A stretch of 64,000 nt of DNA, taken from Planctomycetota bacterium. GTDB lineage: Bacteria > Planctomycetota > Planctomycetia > Pirellulales > Pirellulaceae. Shown here piece by piece: positions 48,603 to 59,986 of the stretch (position 1 is its first letter; each line of letters begins with the position of its first letter). The notes below the pieces were generated by a model. It had not been told where the DNA came from. It saw nothing but the letters and a program-made list of their open reading frames with translations, and ran no database searches. The stretch covers positions 6,704 through 70,703 of the forward strand of contig JBKDPB010000206.1 in assembly GCA_046342615.1 (NCBI GenBank), given 5' to 3'. Made by a program: the position numbers and the translations under genes.

Positions 48603-50765
48603 ATGACCTTAGATCAATACAGCCTTTGTCCCTGCGGCAATGGTAAAAAAGTGAAGTTCTGCAAGTGCAATGAGCATTTCCAGGAAATGCAGACGATCCA
48701 CCGCATGATGGTCGGGGAGCAGAATGTCGCCGCACTGGACCGCATCAACGCCAATCTCAAGACGATGCCGTCCGAACCATGGCTTTTGGCGATGAAGTGC
48801 GAGCTCCTCCTCCAATTGCGCGAACTGGAGTCCCTCGAGGAGACCTCCGCCAAATTCATCCGCCTGCAACCCGACAACCCGCTGGCAAAATTGAATCGGG
48901 CCCTGGTGGCGGTCATTCGGGGCAATACCGAGGAGGGGTCCACGCTCCTGCTCCAGTCGATCGCCGAGTCCCGAGAAAACATGCATCCGATGACGGCGAC
49001 CGTCGCGGTCAACTTGATCGAGATGATGGGTCAGCGGGGCATGGTCCTTCCGGCTCTGATGCTCGCCGAGATCATGTTCGACATGGGCGATTTGATGGCT
49101 CGCGTCGCGACCAGCGCTGTGGAGTCCCTGATCGGTCATCCGCAAGCCGGGACTCTTTCCCAAGAAACGCCTCCGTCGGCAATGTCTGGCGAGGGAACGC
49201 AGTACGGCGAACGTTTGGCCGAAGCCGAGGCGTTGATCGCGAATTATCGCATTTCCGCTGCCAAGACCAAACTCGAGTCGATGCAACGTGAATTCGGTCA
49301 GCAGCCCCCGATCCTCCAAAACCTCTTGTACTGCCAATTGCTGTTAACGGATCTGGAAAGCGCCGCATTCACCTGCCGCAAGCTGGCTGCCTGCACCCAG
49401 CTCGATGAGCCGCAGCGGATTTACTATCAGGCGATGGTGTACGAACTGGCTCCGAAAACCGGCGGGGTAACGCAGACGGAGGATCTGTCCGTCTATACCA
49501 TCGAAGACCCAGAATTTGAAACAGCCTTGGCGTCCAGCAAGTCGCTGACCAGCATTCCGGTCGATCAAGTTCGAGGGATGCTCCAGGCTTTCCTGGATGA
49601 GGAGGTTCCACCCAAGGCCGCCTTTGTCACGGTTCAGCCCGTCCTTCAAGAGCAATTCGCCGAAATCGAAGCCCAGCGGCCCGGATCGTGGATGGCTTAT
49701 TACGGGAAGCAAACCGACAAGCCCGCGCGGCTGGTTGTCTTGGAGCCTGGGTTCGGATTCCGAAAAACGCTGATCGACCAAGTCAAGCGGGAGTTGGGAT
49801 TGACCAGTCTCAAGCGCGAGCTTCTCGAGCAGTTGCACGTCGCTCCGTTGGCGATGAGCAATGGGCAAATCGTCCTGCGTCACGAAGTACCTGCGGAACG
49901 ACGCGAGGCGCTTCGGGATGCGATTCGCCAGTTGATGCTCGATGAAACGCTCGACATTTCCTTCGACTGCTTGGGAAATCGTACCCCTCGCGATTGTGCA
50001 GGCACGTCCGAGCATCGACTGCCTCTGCAGGCGCTGCTCCTGTCGTGGCAGTCGCAAAACCCCAGCACGATGGATGACTCCGACTTCCGGAATCTGCATC
50101 ATGCCCTCCAAGTCTCGAGACCTTCCCTCTCCGCGGACCAAGACGTCTTCGATCGGGTAGGCGGCGCAGCATACTACTGGACCGATTTGGATAACATCGA
50201 TCCGCGAAGCTTGATTCAGTTGATGCAATCGGTGCTGACGCGGTCGGTATCCACGATGTATCGTCCGTTGGTTGCCAAGTCGGAGACGGTCGCATGGCCG
50301 GACGACTTCAAACTGTCCGCGGAGTACACGGTGCTGAACCTCAAGACGCGAATGGTTACCGACCCGCTCCAAGCGGAGAAGTTACTAGCTCGGATCATCG
50401 AGGTGGGTAAACAGTTGCAACTCCCTATCGGCAATGCGATTTTGGAGCGGTTCGAGATCCTGAACATGCTCGAGCGCCGCGCGGAGGCCAGGCAGTTCCT
50501 GGAGGCATCGCTTCGGGAAAACCCGAACGATCCGGTGCTGCTGCAATTCCTGCAGGCCGCGATGTTGCAACAGCAGCAAATGGCTGCGCGCGCCCGGGGG
50601 GGGATGCCCATGGATCCAGCACTCGCCGGAGCAGCTTCCTCGCCGATGGCGGGTGGCGGAGCCACCTCGAGCGGCTTGTGGACACCGGATGCACCGGCGC
50701 AATCCGCACCGAGCGGCAGTTCCGCCGGAGGCGGAAGCAAGCTGTGGATTCCAGGCCAGGATTGA
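48603..50765 (+). CDS. Hypothetical helical (TPR-like) protein with N-terminal SEC-C-like motif
   Basis: CPCGNGKKVKFC at the N-terminus, helical-repeat character, C-terminal LWTP and LWIPG repeats. Confidence 0.7.
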   Translation: MTLDQYSLCPCGNGKKVKFCKCNEHFQEMQTIHRMMVGEQNVAALDRINANLKTMPSEPWLLAMKCELLLQLRELESLEETSAKFIRLQPDNPLAKLNRALVAVIRGNTEEGSTLLLQSIAESRENMHPMTATVAVNLIEMMGQRGMVLPALMLAEIMFDMGDLMARVATSAVESLIGHPQAGTLSQETPPSAMSGEGTQYGERLAEAEALIANYRISAAKTKLESMQREFGQQPPILQNLLYCQLLLTDLESAAFTCRKLAACTQLDEPQRIYYQAMVYELAPKTGGVTQTEDLSVYTIEDPEFETALASSKSLTSIPVDQVRGMLQAFLDEEVPPKAAFVTVQPVLQEQFAEIEAQRPGSWMAYYGKQTDKPARLVVLEPGFGFRKTLIDQVKRELGLTSLKRELLEQLHVAPLAMSNGQIVLRHEVPAERREALRDAIRQLMLDETLDISFDCLGNRTPRDCAGTSEHRLPLQALLLSWQSQNPSTMDDSDFRNLHHALQVSRPSLSADQDVFDRVGGAAYYWTDLDNIDPRSLIQLMQSVLTRSVSTMYRPLVAKSETVAWPDDFKLSAEYTVLNLKTRMVTDPLQAEKLLARIIEVGKQLQLPIGNAILERFEILNMLERRAEARQFLEASLRENPNDPVLLQFLQAAMLQQQQMAARARGGMPMDPALAGAASSPMAGGGATSSGLWTPDAPAQSAPSGSSAGGGSKLWIPGQD

Positions 50766-50776
50766 TCGCGACAGGC

Positions 50777-51754
50777 TTACGCTAACGCGAACGCTTTTTC
50801 CATCTGCTTGCGGACCGTCGTCAGTCGTTGGACATCCCCTCCTCCGACTTCCGCGGTGGTCCATCCACTCCAGCCGATCTCGTCGAGCCCTTGGCGAACT
50901 TGATCCCAGGGGACGTCGTCCTCGGGAGACGTGATGTCGACGAACTTGTCCTTGGCGCGGCTGAAGCCTTTGATATCGAGTTTTACGCAGCGGTGGCCGA
51001 ACGCTCGGAGCCACTCGCGCGGTTGGCCGTATTTCCAGTGGTTGCCGATATCGTAATACATCCCTACCCAAGGGCTCGAGAAACTGTCGACGAACTCGAT
51101 GAAACGATTCGGCGATTGCTCGGGTGGCTTGTCGTGATCGTAATGCAGTTTATTCCATACGTTCTCGATCAAGATCGGTTGGCCTAGCGATGCTGCCAGC
51201 GGCAGCAGTTTCTTGATTTCAGCGCGAGCCCGCTGATTGACTTCCGATTCCGATCCATCGTCGCCTCGACCGACGACGATCAAGACGCCGCTCCCTCCGA
51301 TCGCGTGCGACACGCGAATGCAATGGGCGATATTGGCGACTCCGGCGCGTCGTTCGTCTTCATTGGGGCTGGTCAACCGTTTGCTCCAATGCTCATGGTT
51401 GATGGCGTTATGGCAAAAGACCCCCGACTCGTGGACTGCGGACCTGGCTTGGTCCACCGTGAATTTTCCCGCTTCATCGAAATCGACTCCATCGAACCCG
51501 GCCTGGTGCGCCATCTTCAAGCGCTCGACCAGCGACAGAGCTCGGCCGCTCGCTTCGGCCTGAATCATCGATAACTTGCAAGACAGCAGGATTCGTTTTC
51601 CATCGGGTGGAACGATCGTGGTTCCTTTGGATTTCAAAACCTGGTCTTCGGCTTGGCTTGAGCTCGCCGCCGCGGCGCACGCGGCTGCGACGCCGGTTGC
51701 CAGAGTGGTTGACAGGAATTGCCGCCGATGCGGAGCGCGAAAGGGAGTCGTCAT
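50777..51754 (-). CDS. Sugar phosphate isomerase/epimerase (AP endonuclease 2 TIM barrel), Tat-exported
   Basis: RRQFL Tat motif, IENVWN, YYDIGNH, LDIKGF, TAEV. Confidence 0.85.
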   Translation of the reverse strand: MTTPFRAPHRRQFLSTTLATGVAAACAAAASSSQAEDQVLKSKGTTIVPPDGKRILLSCKLSMIQAEASGRALSLVERLKMAHQAGFDGVDFDEAGKFTVDQARSAVHESGVFCHNAINHEHWSKRLTSPNEDERRAGVANIAHCIRVSHAIGGSGVLIVVGRGDDGSESEVNQRARAEIKKLLPLAASLGQPILIENVWNKLHYDHDKPPEQSPNRFIEFVDSFSSPWVGMYYDIGNHWKYGQPREWLRAFGHRCVKLDIKGFSRAKDKFVDITSPEDDVPWDQVRQGLDEIGWSGWTTAEVGGGDVQRLTTVRKQMEKAFALA

Positions 51755-51848
51755 GATGGTGATTGCCTTAACAGGACCGAGGGAAAGGAATTCCCCGTAT
51801 GGTAATCCCATTCTCTCGTCCGTTGTAGGTCGCTTGCCCCAAAGGCCG

Positions 51849-53618
51849 CTAATCGCGACGCATCGAGAAGCCGGTGTAATGCAAGCCGGTTTCCTCGTCG
51901 ATCACAAACGCACCCCCAGGTGCCAAATACTTGGCGATCACTTCAAAAGGAGGAAGTTTCTTGCTCTTGAGGGCCGTAACGAGCGCCTGGAAAAAGGGAT
52001 TGTTTTCCGACATCTCTTCCAGGCTGCTGATGTTGTCCGGATCGGTCGCCAGGTCGTACATCAGTCGCATTCCTTCCTCGGGGCGCTGGTAAGCCATGAT
52101 CGACATATCGGCGTTCTTGGTCTGGGCCTTGATGCGGTCGCGAACCAATTTGAACTCGATCGAGTCCGACAGTAGACCGTCCCCTCCGGAGTCGAAGGCG
52201 ATCGCCTCTTCGATGGCTTTAAGAGAATCGCTGGCGATCAACTCATTACCCAAGACACAAAAGGCGGGTTGCGGGAGTCGAATTCTGGAGTTTTCGGGAG
52301 CCTCCCTCTGGATGTCTGCATAGTAAACGGTGACATCCCCCACGAGCTTGGACTTGAGACCTGGCCCAGAGTCCTTGAATTTCTCATAGAGCTTTGGAAG
52401 GATCTCCGTCTTGACGCGCGAGGCCTCCTTGACGTGCAAACTGTAGATGTTCGACTGGCTGTTGATCTTCTTGGGAGGCACGATGGTCTGGACCAACGTC
52501 AAACGATCGTTCAAGACATCGATCATGTCTTTTCGGATATCGATTCCGAGATTCTTGTTTCCTTGAACGATAACATTCTTTTCAAAGGTTCCTTCGCCAG
52601 CGAAGGTATCGACGATTTCCTGAACGGCTTTGAAGGTCTTGGGGAAATCCCAGTTGATGGTCGTGTAGGAGACGACTTGGTCGCTGACCCACGGTTCCGG
52701 TTCCGTCGATCCGCTCTTGGGCCGCAGGACGCGCATGATCCCTTGCCGGTTCGGGTTGAGCAGCAGATGCCCGTGAATGATCGAGTCGAACTCATTGGGA
52801 GCGATGATCATGCTTCCCCCCACCCCCTTGATCCCGTCGATTCCGAGGGTCTTCAGGGCCGAAAGGACGACGACCGAGCTGCTGCTGGTCTTGCCGAGCT
52901 CGCGCACCATGGCCAATGGATCGATGAAGAAGGAGACTTGGGGGCGTTCCCCTTCGGTTCCGACGCAACGGCTCATGATGGTGGTGAAGTCGCGGTTGTC
53001 GGCCAGGGGTTTGTGATCGATGCCGTTGCCCGTCCAGATCAGTGCGAGTTGCTCGAGGTATTCGGCTTTGGAGCAGGCGACAAACACTCCGGAATCGATA
53101 AAGTACCCTGCGGCTTCGCCGGAGCGGCGACCGGAGACGGTGGTGAGGGTGATCTTTCCGACCTCCTTGGTCTCCGGGGTTCGGCCCGCCTGGTCGGCGG
53201 CCTGCAGGGCTCGATCGAGCAGCATCTGCAGGGCTGGCAATTCATCTCCTGTTTCCAGCATGACGCAGAAAGCGGGCTCGGTCTTGGTGCCTACCAACGC
53301 GATCGCGAACTCGCCGTTCGGGACCGAGAGAAGTTCCTCCAGGTCGAGGCCGATCGCGTCCTGGATTCCTTGGAAGTTTACGATCAACGTCGAGTAGAAC
53401 GTTCCCAGAATCGGTTTGATCTGGGGATCCTCCGCCATTTTGCCCATTCCGGTGATGGCCATTCGGTCCTTCAGGTCCCGGGTGTCATCGATTCGCAGGT
53501 AGGCCAACGTTTTATTGGAAAACAAACGGGGGGCTGTCGGTCGCTGGGCAAGAGCTGGAGCGAAACCGAAGGCTACCGTCAAAAACAACGACGCGAGGGG
53601 GGTGAGCAGATGTTTCAT
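51849..53618 (-). CDS. Conserved exported hypothetical protein (DUF3352-like)
   Basis: 589-aa ORF with a signal peptide. Family resemblance only. Confidence 0.6.
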   Translation of the reverse strand: MKHLLTPLASLFLTVAFGFAPALAQRPTAPRLFSNKTLAYLRIDDTRDLKDRMAITGMGKMAEDPQIKPILGTFYSTLIVNFQGIQDAIGLDLEELLSVPNGEFAIALVGTKTEPAFCVMLETGDELPALQMLLDRALQAADQAGRTPETKEVGKITLTTVSGRRSGEAAGYFIDSGVFVACSKAEYLEQLALIWTGNGIDHKPLADNRDFTTIMSRCVGTEGERPQVSFFIDPLAMVRELGKTSSSSVVVLSALKTLGIDGIKGVGGSMIIAPNEFDSIIHGHLLLNPNRQGIMRVLRPKSGSTEPEPWVSDQVVSYTTINWDFPKTFKAVQEIVDTFAGEGTFEKNVIVQGNKNLGIDIRKDMIDVLNDRLTLVQTIVPPKKINSQSNIYSLHVKEASRVKTEILPKLYEKFKDSGPGLKSKLVGDVTVYYADIQREAPENSRIRLPQPAFCVLGNELIASDSLKAIEEAIAFDSGGDGLLSDSIEFKLVRDRIKAQTKNADMSIMAYQRPEEGMRLMYDLATDPDNISSLEEMSENNPFFQALVTALKSKKLPPFEVIAKYLAPGGAFVIDEETGLHYTGFSMRRD

Positions 53619-53685
53619 AGTGTTCTCGAATTCGTAGAGGGGAGCCGGATCTTGGAAATTTTCCTGTGGGTCCGCCGGACTTATT

Positions 53686-54834
53686 CTAACTCCAATCCGC
53701 CCCTCGCTCGTTTTTTTCCATCCTAAGTGCGTGGTATTGCTCTTCGCAGAACCGATCGGTCATTCCCGCGAGGTAGACACCGACGGCCCGTTTCAAGCCC
53801 CAGGATTTTGCGAGAGATTGAAAACGGTCGGGGAGCCGTTCCGGTGTTGCGACGAGCAATTCGAACAGTTCACGCAATCGCTGAGCGGCTTGTTCGCGGA
53901 TATGGACCAGACGGGGGTGGCGATAGACATTTTCGAAGAGGAAATGTTCGAGTTCCTCCTTGTCCTGGGCGAACGCATCGGTCATCCCGAGTCGGCATCG
54001 GGCTTGTTGAAGGGCGAGAGAGGTCATGCCGCGAAGGGGTACCAGCACGCGCTTGGAATGCTCGAGCAGATCGCTCATTTGCAAGTCGATCAGGGTATGG
54101 ACGAGCAGTTGACGGCGTCGCTCGGGTTCGGTTTGATCGAGAGGGACGGCGTTTCGAGCGCGCTGCACGAGGGCTAAACCCGCCAGTTGTTCCCAGTCGA
54201 GCAATCCGAGTTTGATCGCGTCGTCGACGTCATGTGCGTCGTAGGCGACGCTGTCCGCTGCATCGACCACTTGGATCTCGAGCATCGGCGTTGCTTCCTG
54301 GTCCTTGTGGCTGCGGAACTGTTGACCGGAGAGGACCTCGCGTGTCAGGTTGAGCCCATTGTATTCCGTGTAGCGCTGTTCCAGATGGGTGACCAGATCG
54401 AGAGCGAATTGGTTGTGCGAGAACCCGCCATGGTCGCGAAGGGATTCGTCCAAAACGTCTTCGCCGCAATGGCCATAGGGTGGATGCCCGATATCGTGCA
54501 ACAGGGCTAGGGCTTCGATCAAGTCTTCGTTGAGTCCGAGTGTTCGTCCGATGGTTCGCGCGAGGGATGCGACTTCGTGCGTATGGGTCAATCGGGTCCG
54601 ATGGTAATCCCCCATGTCGCCGGTAAAGACTTGCATCTTGCCGCTCAAGCGACGGAAGGCAGCGCTGTGCAGTACGCGATCTCGGTCTCGCTGGAAAGGC
54701 CCGCGATACCGATGCTGGGGCTCGTCATGTTCCCGTCCCGTGGAATCGATCGAGTGCATGGCAAACGAAGCGAGCAAATGCTGTTCTCGTTCCTGCCAAG
54801 GGTACATCGAGGATCGGGTGGCGGAGGGTTGCAT
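53686..54834 (-). CDS. dgt: dGTP triphosphohydrolase
   Basis: FQRDRDRVLHSAAFRRL, RTRLTHT, HDIGHPPYGHCGE, AGMTDRF. Confidence 0.93.
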   Translation of the reverse strand: MQPSATRSSMYPWQEREQHLLASFAMHSIDSTGREHDEPQHRYRGPFQRDRDRVLHSAAFRRLSGKMQVFTGDMGDYHRTRLTHTHEVASLARTIGRTLGLNEDLIEALALLHDIGHPPYGHCGEDVLDESLRDHGGFSHNQFALDLVTHLEQRYTEYNGLNLTREVLSGQQFRSHKDQEATPMLEIQVVDAADSVAYDAHDVDDAIKLGLLDWEQLAGLALVQRARNAVPLDQTEPERRRQLLVHTLIDLQMSDLLEHSKRVLVPLRGMTSLALQQARCRLGMTDAFAQDKEELEHFLFENVYRHPRLVHIREQAAQRLRELFELLVATPERLPDRFQSLAKSWGLKRAVGVYLAGMTDRFCEEQYHALRMEKNERGADWS

Positions 54835-54844
54835 GGTGATACAG

Positions 54845-55975
54845 TCACACGATGGCGAGGTTGTCGCGATGGATGACTTCCTCGTAGGGGCATTGTCCCA
54901 GGATTTGCTCGATACGGTCGGATCGACAGCCTCGAATTTTGCGAATTTGTTCGGCGCTATAGTTGGTGAGCCCGCGAGCGATTTCGTGGGATTCACGGTT
55001 TCGCACCGAGACGATGTCTCCCTTGCCGAATTCCCCTTCGACATTGGAGATGCCGATCGCGAGCAGGCTGCGCCCTCCATCCTTCATGGCTTGAGCCGCC
55101 CCGTCATCCACGATCACCGCGCCAGCGGTTTGAGCCGAGAAGCCAATCCAGCGCTTGCGCGAGGCGAGTCCTCGGGATTGCGGTATAAACAACGTGCCGA
55201 TCGACTCGCCGTTTGCCAAACGGACCAGCACATCCGGTTCGCGGCCCCACGCGATCGCCGCCGCCTGTCCGCTGCTGGTGACAAACCGGGCTGTCGATAG
55301 TTTGCTGGCCATCCCCCCTTTGCTGATTCCCGTGGAGCGATCGCGCACGAGGTCCTCAATCGACTCATCGATCTTCGCCACGGTCGACAAGACCAACGCG
55401 TTGGGATCGCGCGGATCGCGGTCGTACAGGCCGTGCACATCGCTCAGAATGACCAACGCCGAGGCGTGGAACAGGCCCGCGACCATGCCTGCGAGTCGAT
55501 CGTTGTCGCCGAAGGTCGTCTTCAATTCGTCGACTGCAACCGAGTCGTTTTCATTGATGATCGGGATTGCACCCAGTTCCAGCAGTCGCAGGAGAGTGTT
55601 GCGGACATTGAGGTAGGCGACGCGATCGTCGAGTTCGGTTGCCGTCAGCAGGATCTGGGCAGCCCTCGAACCATGGCGATGAAAGGTTTGTTCGTACACT
55701 TGGATCAAATGGGTTTGCCCAATCGCCGCGACCGCTTGCAGCGTCGCCAGATCGGTGGGGCGAGCCGTTAGGCCGAGCCGGCCCATGCCGCTGGCGACCG
55801 CGCCGCTGGAGACCAGGACGACCTCCTTGCCCATTTCCCTCAGAACCACCAGCTGGGTCGCGAGCGAAGCGATTTGGTCAGCATCCAGTCGGCCCGCGGA
55901 ATCGGTCAATGAACGAGAACCGACTTTGACAATCCACGTCGGCGCGTCCACCAAAGCTTTACGATCGGAATCCAT
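54845..55975 (-). CDS. proB: Glutamate 5-kinase with PUA domain
   Basis: VKVGS, VSSGAV, PIINENDSV, FGDNDRLA, GGMASK, EVIHRDNL. Confidence 0.96.
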   Translation of the reverse strand: MDSDRKALVDAPTWIVKVGSRSLTDSAGRLDADQIASLATQLVVLREMGKEVVLVSSGAVASGMGRLGLTARPTDLATLQAVAAIGQTHLIQVYEQTFHRHGSRAAQILLTATELDDRVAYLNVRNTLLRLLELGAIPIINENDSVAVDELKTTFGDNDRLAGMVAGLFHASALVILSDVHGLYDRDPRDPNALVLSTVAKIDESIEDLVRDRSTGISKGGMASKLSTARFVTSSGQAAAIAWGREPDVLVRLANGESIGTLFIPQSRGLASRKRWIGFSAQTAGAVIVDDGAAQAMKDGGRSLLAIGISNVEGEFGKGDIVSVRNRESHEIARGLTNYSAEQIRKIRGCRSDRIEQILGQCPYEEVIHRDNLAIV

Positions 55976-56006
55976 TGCCGTTAGACGCTTTGAAAGGAGG
56001 AGTTTT

Positions 56007-57158
56007 TCATGAACTGCTCTTGCCGCCGCGCTGTTCGATGATGGCGTCGAGCTCGGTTCGCAATCGCGGAAGGATTTCATCGTATCCGAAGGCGCCGATC
56101 GATTCGCTCCCCCGCTTGAGGTTGACTTTGGCTGGACCACACCACAGACCGAGATCCGCATCGTCGGTCTCTCCTGGACCGTTGACGCGACATCCCATCA
56201 CAGCAATGGTGACGGCGTAGTCCTTGGCATACTGAGTCATCTCCTTGACTTGTTGCGCCAGGTCGACGAACGCTTCATTCTCCACGCGCGAACAGCTCGG
56301 GCAGGAAATGATGTTGAGCTTGGACGGATCGAGAGCAACGACCGAACGGAGCCGACCATGACGAATGTCGTCGATGATCTGGCGGCCGACCTCGATCTCC
56401 ATCGACTTCTTCGAGTTGGGGACCGTGAGCGAAACGCGAATCGTATCCCCGATCCCGCGACCGATCAGTTGCTCGAAGGCGATGCGCGTTTTGATAATCC
56501 CGTCGGGAGGCAAGCCGGCCTCGGTCACCCCCAAATGCAAAGGGACGTCCGGCCGCATCTCCGCAAAGCGTCGGTTGACTTCGACGACTTTGGTCGGATC
56601 GCTGTCCTTGAGTGAGACGACGTATCGGGTGAAGCCGATGGAATCGAGCAATTCGCAGTGCTCCGTCGCCGACGCCAGCATCGGTCCGATCGAATCGTGC
56701 GGATCGAACTTTTCCTTGATCGCCGGATCGACGCTGCCGCAATTCACGCCGACGCGAATCGCGCAGTCGTTGGCGGTTGCCGCTTCGACAAGAAACTTGA
56801 CCTTGTCCTGCCACGGCTTTGTTTTCTCATGGTGGTAGAGATGACCTGGGTTGTAACGGACCTTGTTGACGTGCGGCGCGACCTTGACCACCAACCGATA
56901 GTTCTCCTGAAGGTCGACCGAGAGATTCGCCTCCGTCTGTTGACGAATCTCCGCCAAGGCTGCGGCATCCTTGTCGCTATCGACCGCGATCCGGACCACA
57001 TCCGCTCCCGCCCGATGAAGATCGTTGACCAGGGCAACCGTGGCCGGGACGTCGGTGGTATGCGTCGCCGTCATGCTCTGGACTGCGATGGGATGTCCCG
57101 ATCCGATTGAAATCGTGCCGATTCGGACCGAGCGAGTGGGATTGCGTTGGATTTCCAT
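56007..57158 (-). CDS. ispG: (E)-4-hydroxy-3-methylbut-2-enyl-diphosphate synthase
   Basis: [56 protein letters not shown]. Confidence 0.96.
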   Translation of the reverse strand: MEIQRNPTRSVRIGTISIGSGHPIAVQSMTATHTTDVPATVALVNDLHRAGADVVRIAVDSDKDAAALAEIRQQTEANLSVDLQENYRLVVKVAPHVNKVRYNPGHLYHHEKTKPWQDKVKFLVEAATANDCAIRVGVNCGSVDPAIKEKFDPHDSIGPMLASATEHCELLDSIGFTRYVVSLKDSDPTKVVEVNRRFAEMRPDVPLHLGVTEAGLPPDGIIKTRIAFEQLIGRGIGDTIRVSLTVPNSKKSMEIEVGRQIIDDIRHGRLRSVVALDPSKLNIISCPSCSRVENEAFVDLAQQVKEMTQYAKDYAVTIAVMGCRVNGPGETDDADLGLWCGPAKVNLKRGSESIGAFGYDEILPRLRTELDAIIEQRGGKSSS

Positions 57159-57324
57159 GGTTCTGCTTTGGAGGATGCGTTCGAAAGAGTGTATTTTAGC
57201 AGCCTTGCCCGAACTCGCAAAACGAGTCTGGCGCATGCGTTACAATAGATCGGTGTCGGGAAGCGTCGGTCGCTTCTCTTTCGAGTTCGGGTCGCGCGAT
57301 TCCTACGAGTTCTGGAGGCTCATC

Positions 57325-58584
57325 ATGCAAGGCTACCTTGGGAGACCGTGGGGGCTGTGGCTCTGGGTCGCAGTTTTGGGAAATTGGGCCTATGCGGACC
57401 AATGGGGCCACTGGCGAGGACCGACCGGGAATGGGGTAGCCCCCGACGCAACACCCCCGCTCGAGTTCGGGCCCGACAAGAACCTGAAATGGAAGCTCGC
57501 GATCCCCGGCAGTGGCAGCGGTTCGCCGGTGGTTTGGGGCAAGCAAGTCTTCGTCACTTCCGCCGTACCGGCCGCCAAGTCCAATCCATTCGACTTTCGC
57601 GTGTTCGCGATCGATCGGGAAACCGGCCAGGTGCAATGGTCGCAAACCGCGGTGACGGCCGTGCCGCATGAAGGAACCCACGAAACCAACGGATTTGCGT
57701 CCGCATCCCCCTGCACCGACGGAGAATATGTCTGGGCCCATTTTGGATCGCGCGGTCTGTTTTGCTATTCGATGGACGGGAAATTGATGTGGCAACGCGA
57801 CTTCGGGGATATGCGGATCCGCAATGGTTTCGGCGAAGGCAGCTCCCCCACCCTGGCGGACGACCTCATCATTGTCCCCTGGGACCACGAAGGCAAATCG
57901 ATGCTCTATGCCCTCGACAAGAAGACCGGCAAAAGCGTCTGGGAAGTGCCCCGGGATGAACCGACTTGCTGGGCAACGCCGTTGATCGTCGCGGATACCA
58001 CCGGGCGCAAGCAAATCGTCATGAACGGACAGACTGCAGCTCGAGCCTACGACCTGAAGACCGGCCAGGAGTTGTGGCGATGCGGAGGCCAAACCCAGCG
58101 GCCCTGTGCGTCCGCGGTCGCAATGAATGGTGTGGCCTATGTCGCGAGCGGATTTCGTGGATCGTTTATCGGGGCGTTCGATCTCAACGGCCGGGGCGAT
58201 CTCAAGGGATCCAAAAGTGTGCGGTGGACCCAGTCCAAGGATACCCCCGACGTCGCAAGCCCCTTGTTGTCCCATGGACGACTCTACTACTACAAGGAAA
58301 AGACGGGATTGCTGACCTGCGTGGAAGCCGAGTCGGGCAAGACGCTCTATTCCGCGACACGCGTTCCCGGGGTAACCCGCACCTATGCTTCTCCCGTGGC
58401 CGCCGGCGGCCGGATCTATTTGACCGATCGGGGAGGGGCGATCACGGTGATTGAAGACGCGCCGAACCTGAATGTCCTGGCGACCAATCAAGTGGGGGAG
58501 GGAGTCGATGCCACCCCGGCACTGGTAGGAAGCGAGCTGTTTATCCGAGGGGAGAAGCATTTGTTTTGCTTCGTTTCTCCATAG
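57325..58584 (+). CDS. PQQ-like beta-propeller repeat protein (planctomycete BamB-like family)
   Basis: WGHWRGPTGNG, GSPVVWG, ASPCTDG, YASPV, LFIRGEKHLFC. Confidence 0.9.
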   Translation: MQGYLGRPWGLWLWVAVLGNWAYADQWGHWRGPTGNGVAPDATPPLEFGPDKNLKWKLAIPGSGSGSPVVWGKQVFVTSAVPAAKSNPFDFRVFAIDRETGQVQWSQTAVTAVPHEGTHETNGFASASPCTDGEYVWAHFGSRGLFCYSMDGKLMWQRDFGDMRIRNGFGEGSSPTLADDLIIVPWDHEGKSMLYALDKKTGKSVWEVPRDEPTCWATPLIVADTTGRKQIVMNGQTAARAYDLKTGQELWRCGGQTQRPCASAVAMNGVAYVASGFRGSFIGAFDLNGRGDLKGSKSVRWTQSKDTPDVASPLLSHGRLYYYKEKTGLLTCVEAESGKTLYSATRVPGVTRTYASPVAAGGRIYLTDRGGAITVIEDAPNLNVLATNQVGEGVDATPALVGSELFIRGEKHLFCFVSP

Positions 58585-58810
58585 ATTTCTGTTAGGAACC
58601 CTTTGCCGACTCGGGGAACTTTTCCGGTCGGTTTGTGAGTGCTGGCATTTCTTTGCCGCCGTTTGCTTCGGACTTTTCGATACGCTTTACCTAAACCGAC
58701 TCAATTTCGCCGAGCCACAGTTCCGATACTAGCTGCACAAACCGATCGAATGCGCCCAGCCTTTCCGTAGCTGGGAGGCGCGTGACCCTTGAGGAACGGT
58801 GAGATTGACT

Positions 58811-59953
58811 ATGTCCATTTTGCAGCGAACGTTACGTCTGTTTGTACTGGGTGCAGCCGCGATGGCTGGTCAATTGGGGCTAGCAGACACGGGATATCAT
58901 CCGTTCTCAGAGCCTGTTCGGTTTGATCCGGATTGGCAGTTCTTTGCCCCAAGCTACCTTCAAGACGTTGAAGACCTTACCGCGAGGCAACGAGCGGCGC
59001 ACGGTCTGTTCTTGTCGTACAACCGAATCTACACGGGCGTCAGCCGGCCGGAGAACAGCCAACGAAGCTATGTGCTGGATGGCACTTGGGGCAACCGTTG
59101 GGATTTCGGATGGATGAATGATCGCGAGAGCGGTTGGTATTTTTCGACGCAGACCATTACGGGCCCCAATGTCTACAACGGTTATACCCGTTTGCGACAA
59201 AACGCCATTACGGATGACGACGATGGAGATCCCGCCGATCCTTTCCTGCCGACCGACTTCGGCAATGATCCGATCACTCGCCAGCGAACATACGACATTC
59301 GGGACAGTGTGAATGTCGGTGACTTCAACAGTTTCGAAGCGAACAAAACGTGGCGAATCGAGCCCTATCGTTATGGCGGCATGATGGAGTGGATGATCGG
59401 TCTGCGATATGCCAAATTCGAAGACTTGGCTCGGAACGACACGTACGATGCCTTCGGGGTGGTCGACATCGACGGGAACCCGATCGCGGTTGTCGAAGAA
59501 TATACCAACCATTTGGTTTGGTCTCGCAACGATATGTTGCTCGGGCAACTCGGTTTCCGCTACTTCAAGCATTGGAACCAATTCACGATGTCCTCTGAGT
59601 TCAAGGCATTCGCAGGTCACACCTTTCAGAGCCAAGACTACTCGAGAATCATCCGGACCACGACGTATGACAACCCAGTCACCATCGGGGATCCACCGCT
59701 CTTCGATGGCGATCTGACGGGAACGACAACCATTTCGAGGAGAGACAACGCGACGCCAGTCGGATTCGACTTGCGGGCAGAGGGAGCGTATCACCCCTTC
59801 CGATATGTTGATCTCCGAGCAGGCTTCCAGATGCTCTACTTCGGACAGGGAATCTGGCGGGGAGCCACGCCGATCTCCAACTTCAATCCGAACGACAACA
59901 GTCAGCAACTCGTGATGCCTGGCCTAACCTTCGGTTTCGCCATCAACCGATAG
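58811..59953 (+). CDS. Probable outer-membrane beta-barrel protein (planctomycete BBP7-like)
   Basis: Signal peptide, amphipathic aromatic strands, C-terminal GLTFGFAINR. Confidence 0.6.
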   Translation: MSILQRTLRLFVLGAAAMAGQLGLADTGYHPFSEPVRFDPDWQFFAPSYLQDVEDLTARQRAAHGLFLSYNRIYTGVSRPENSQRSYVLDGTWGNRWDFGWMNDRESGWYFSTQTITGPNVYNGYTRLRQNAITDDDDGDPADPFLPTDFGNDPITRQRTYDIRDSVNVGDFNSFEANKTWRIEPYRYGGMMEWMIGLRYAKFEDLARNDTYDAFGVVDIDGNPIAVVEEYTNHLVWSRNDMLLGQLGFRYFKHWNQFTMSSEFKAFAGHTFQSQDYSRIIRTTTYDNPVTIGDPPLFDGDLTGTTTISRRDNATPVGFDLRAEGAYHPFRYVDLRAGFQMLYFGQGIWRGATPISNFNPNDNSQQLVMPGLTFGFAINR

Positions 59954-59986
59954 TCCTGGCACGTCGACCAGCCGAGAAGACAAGCG

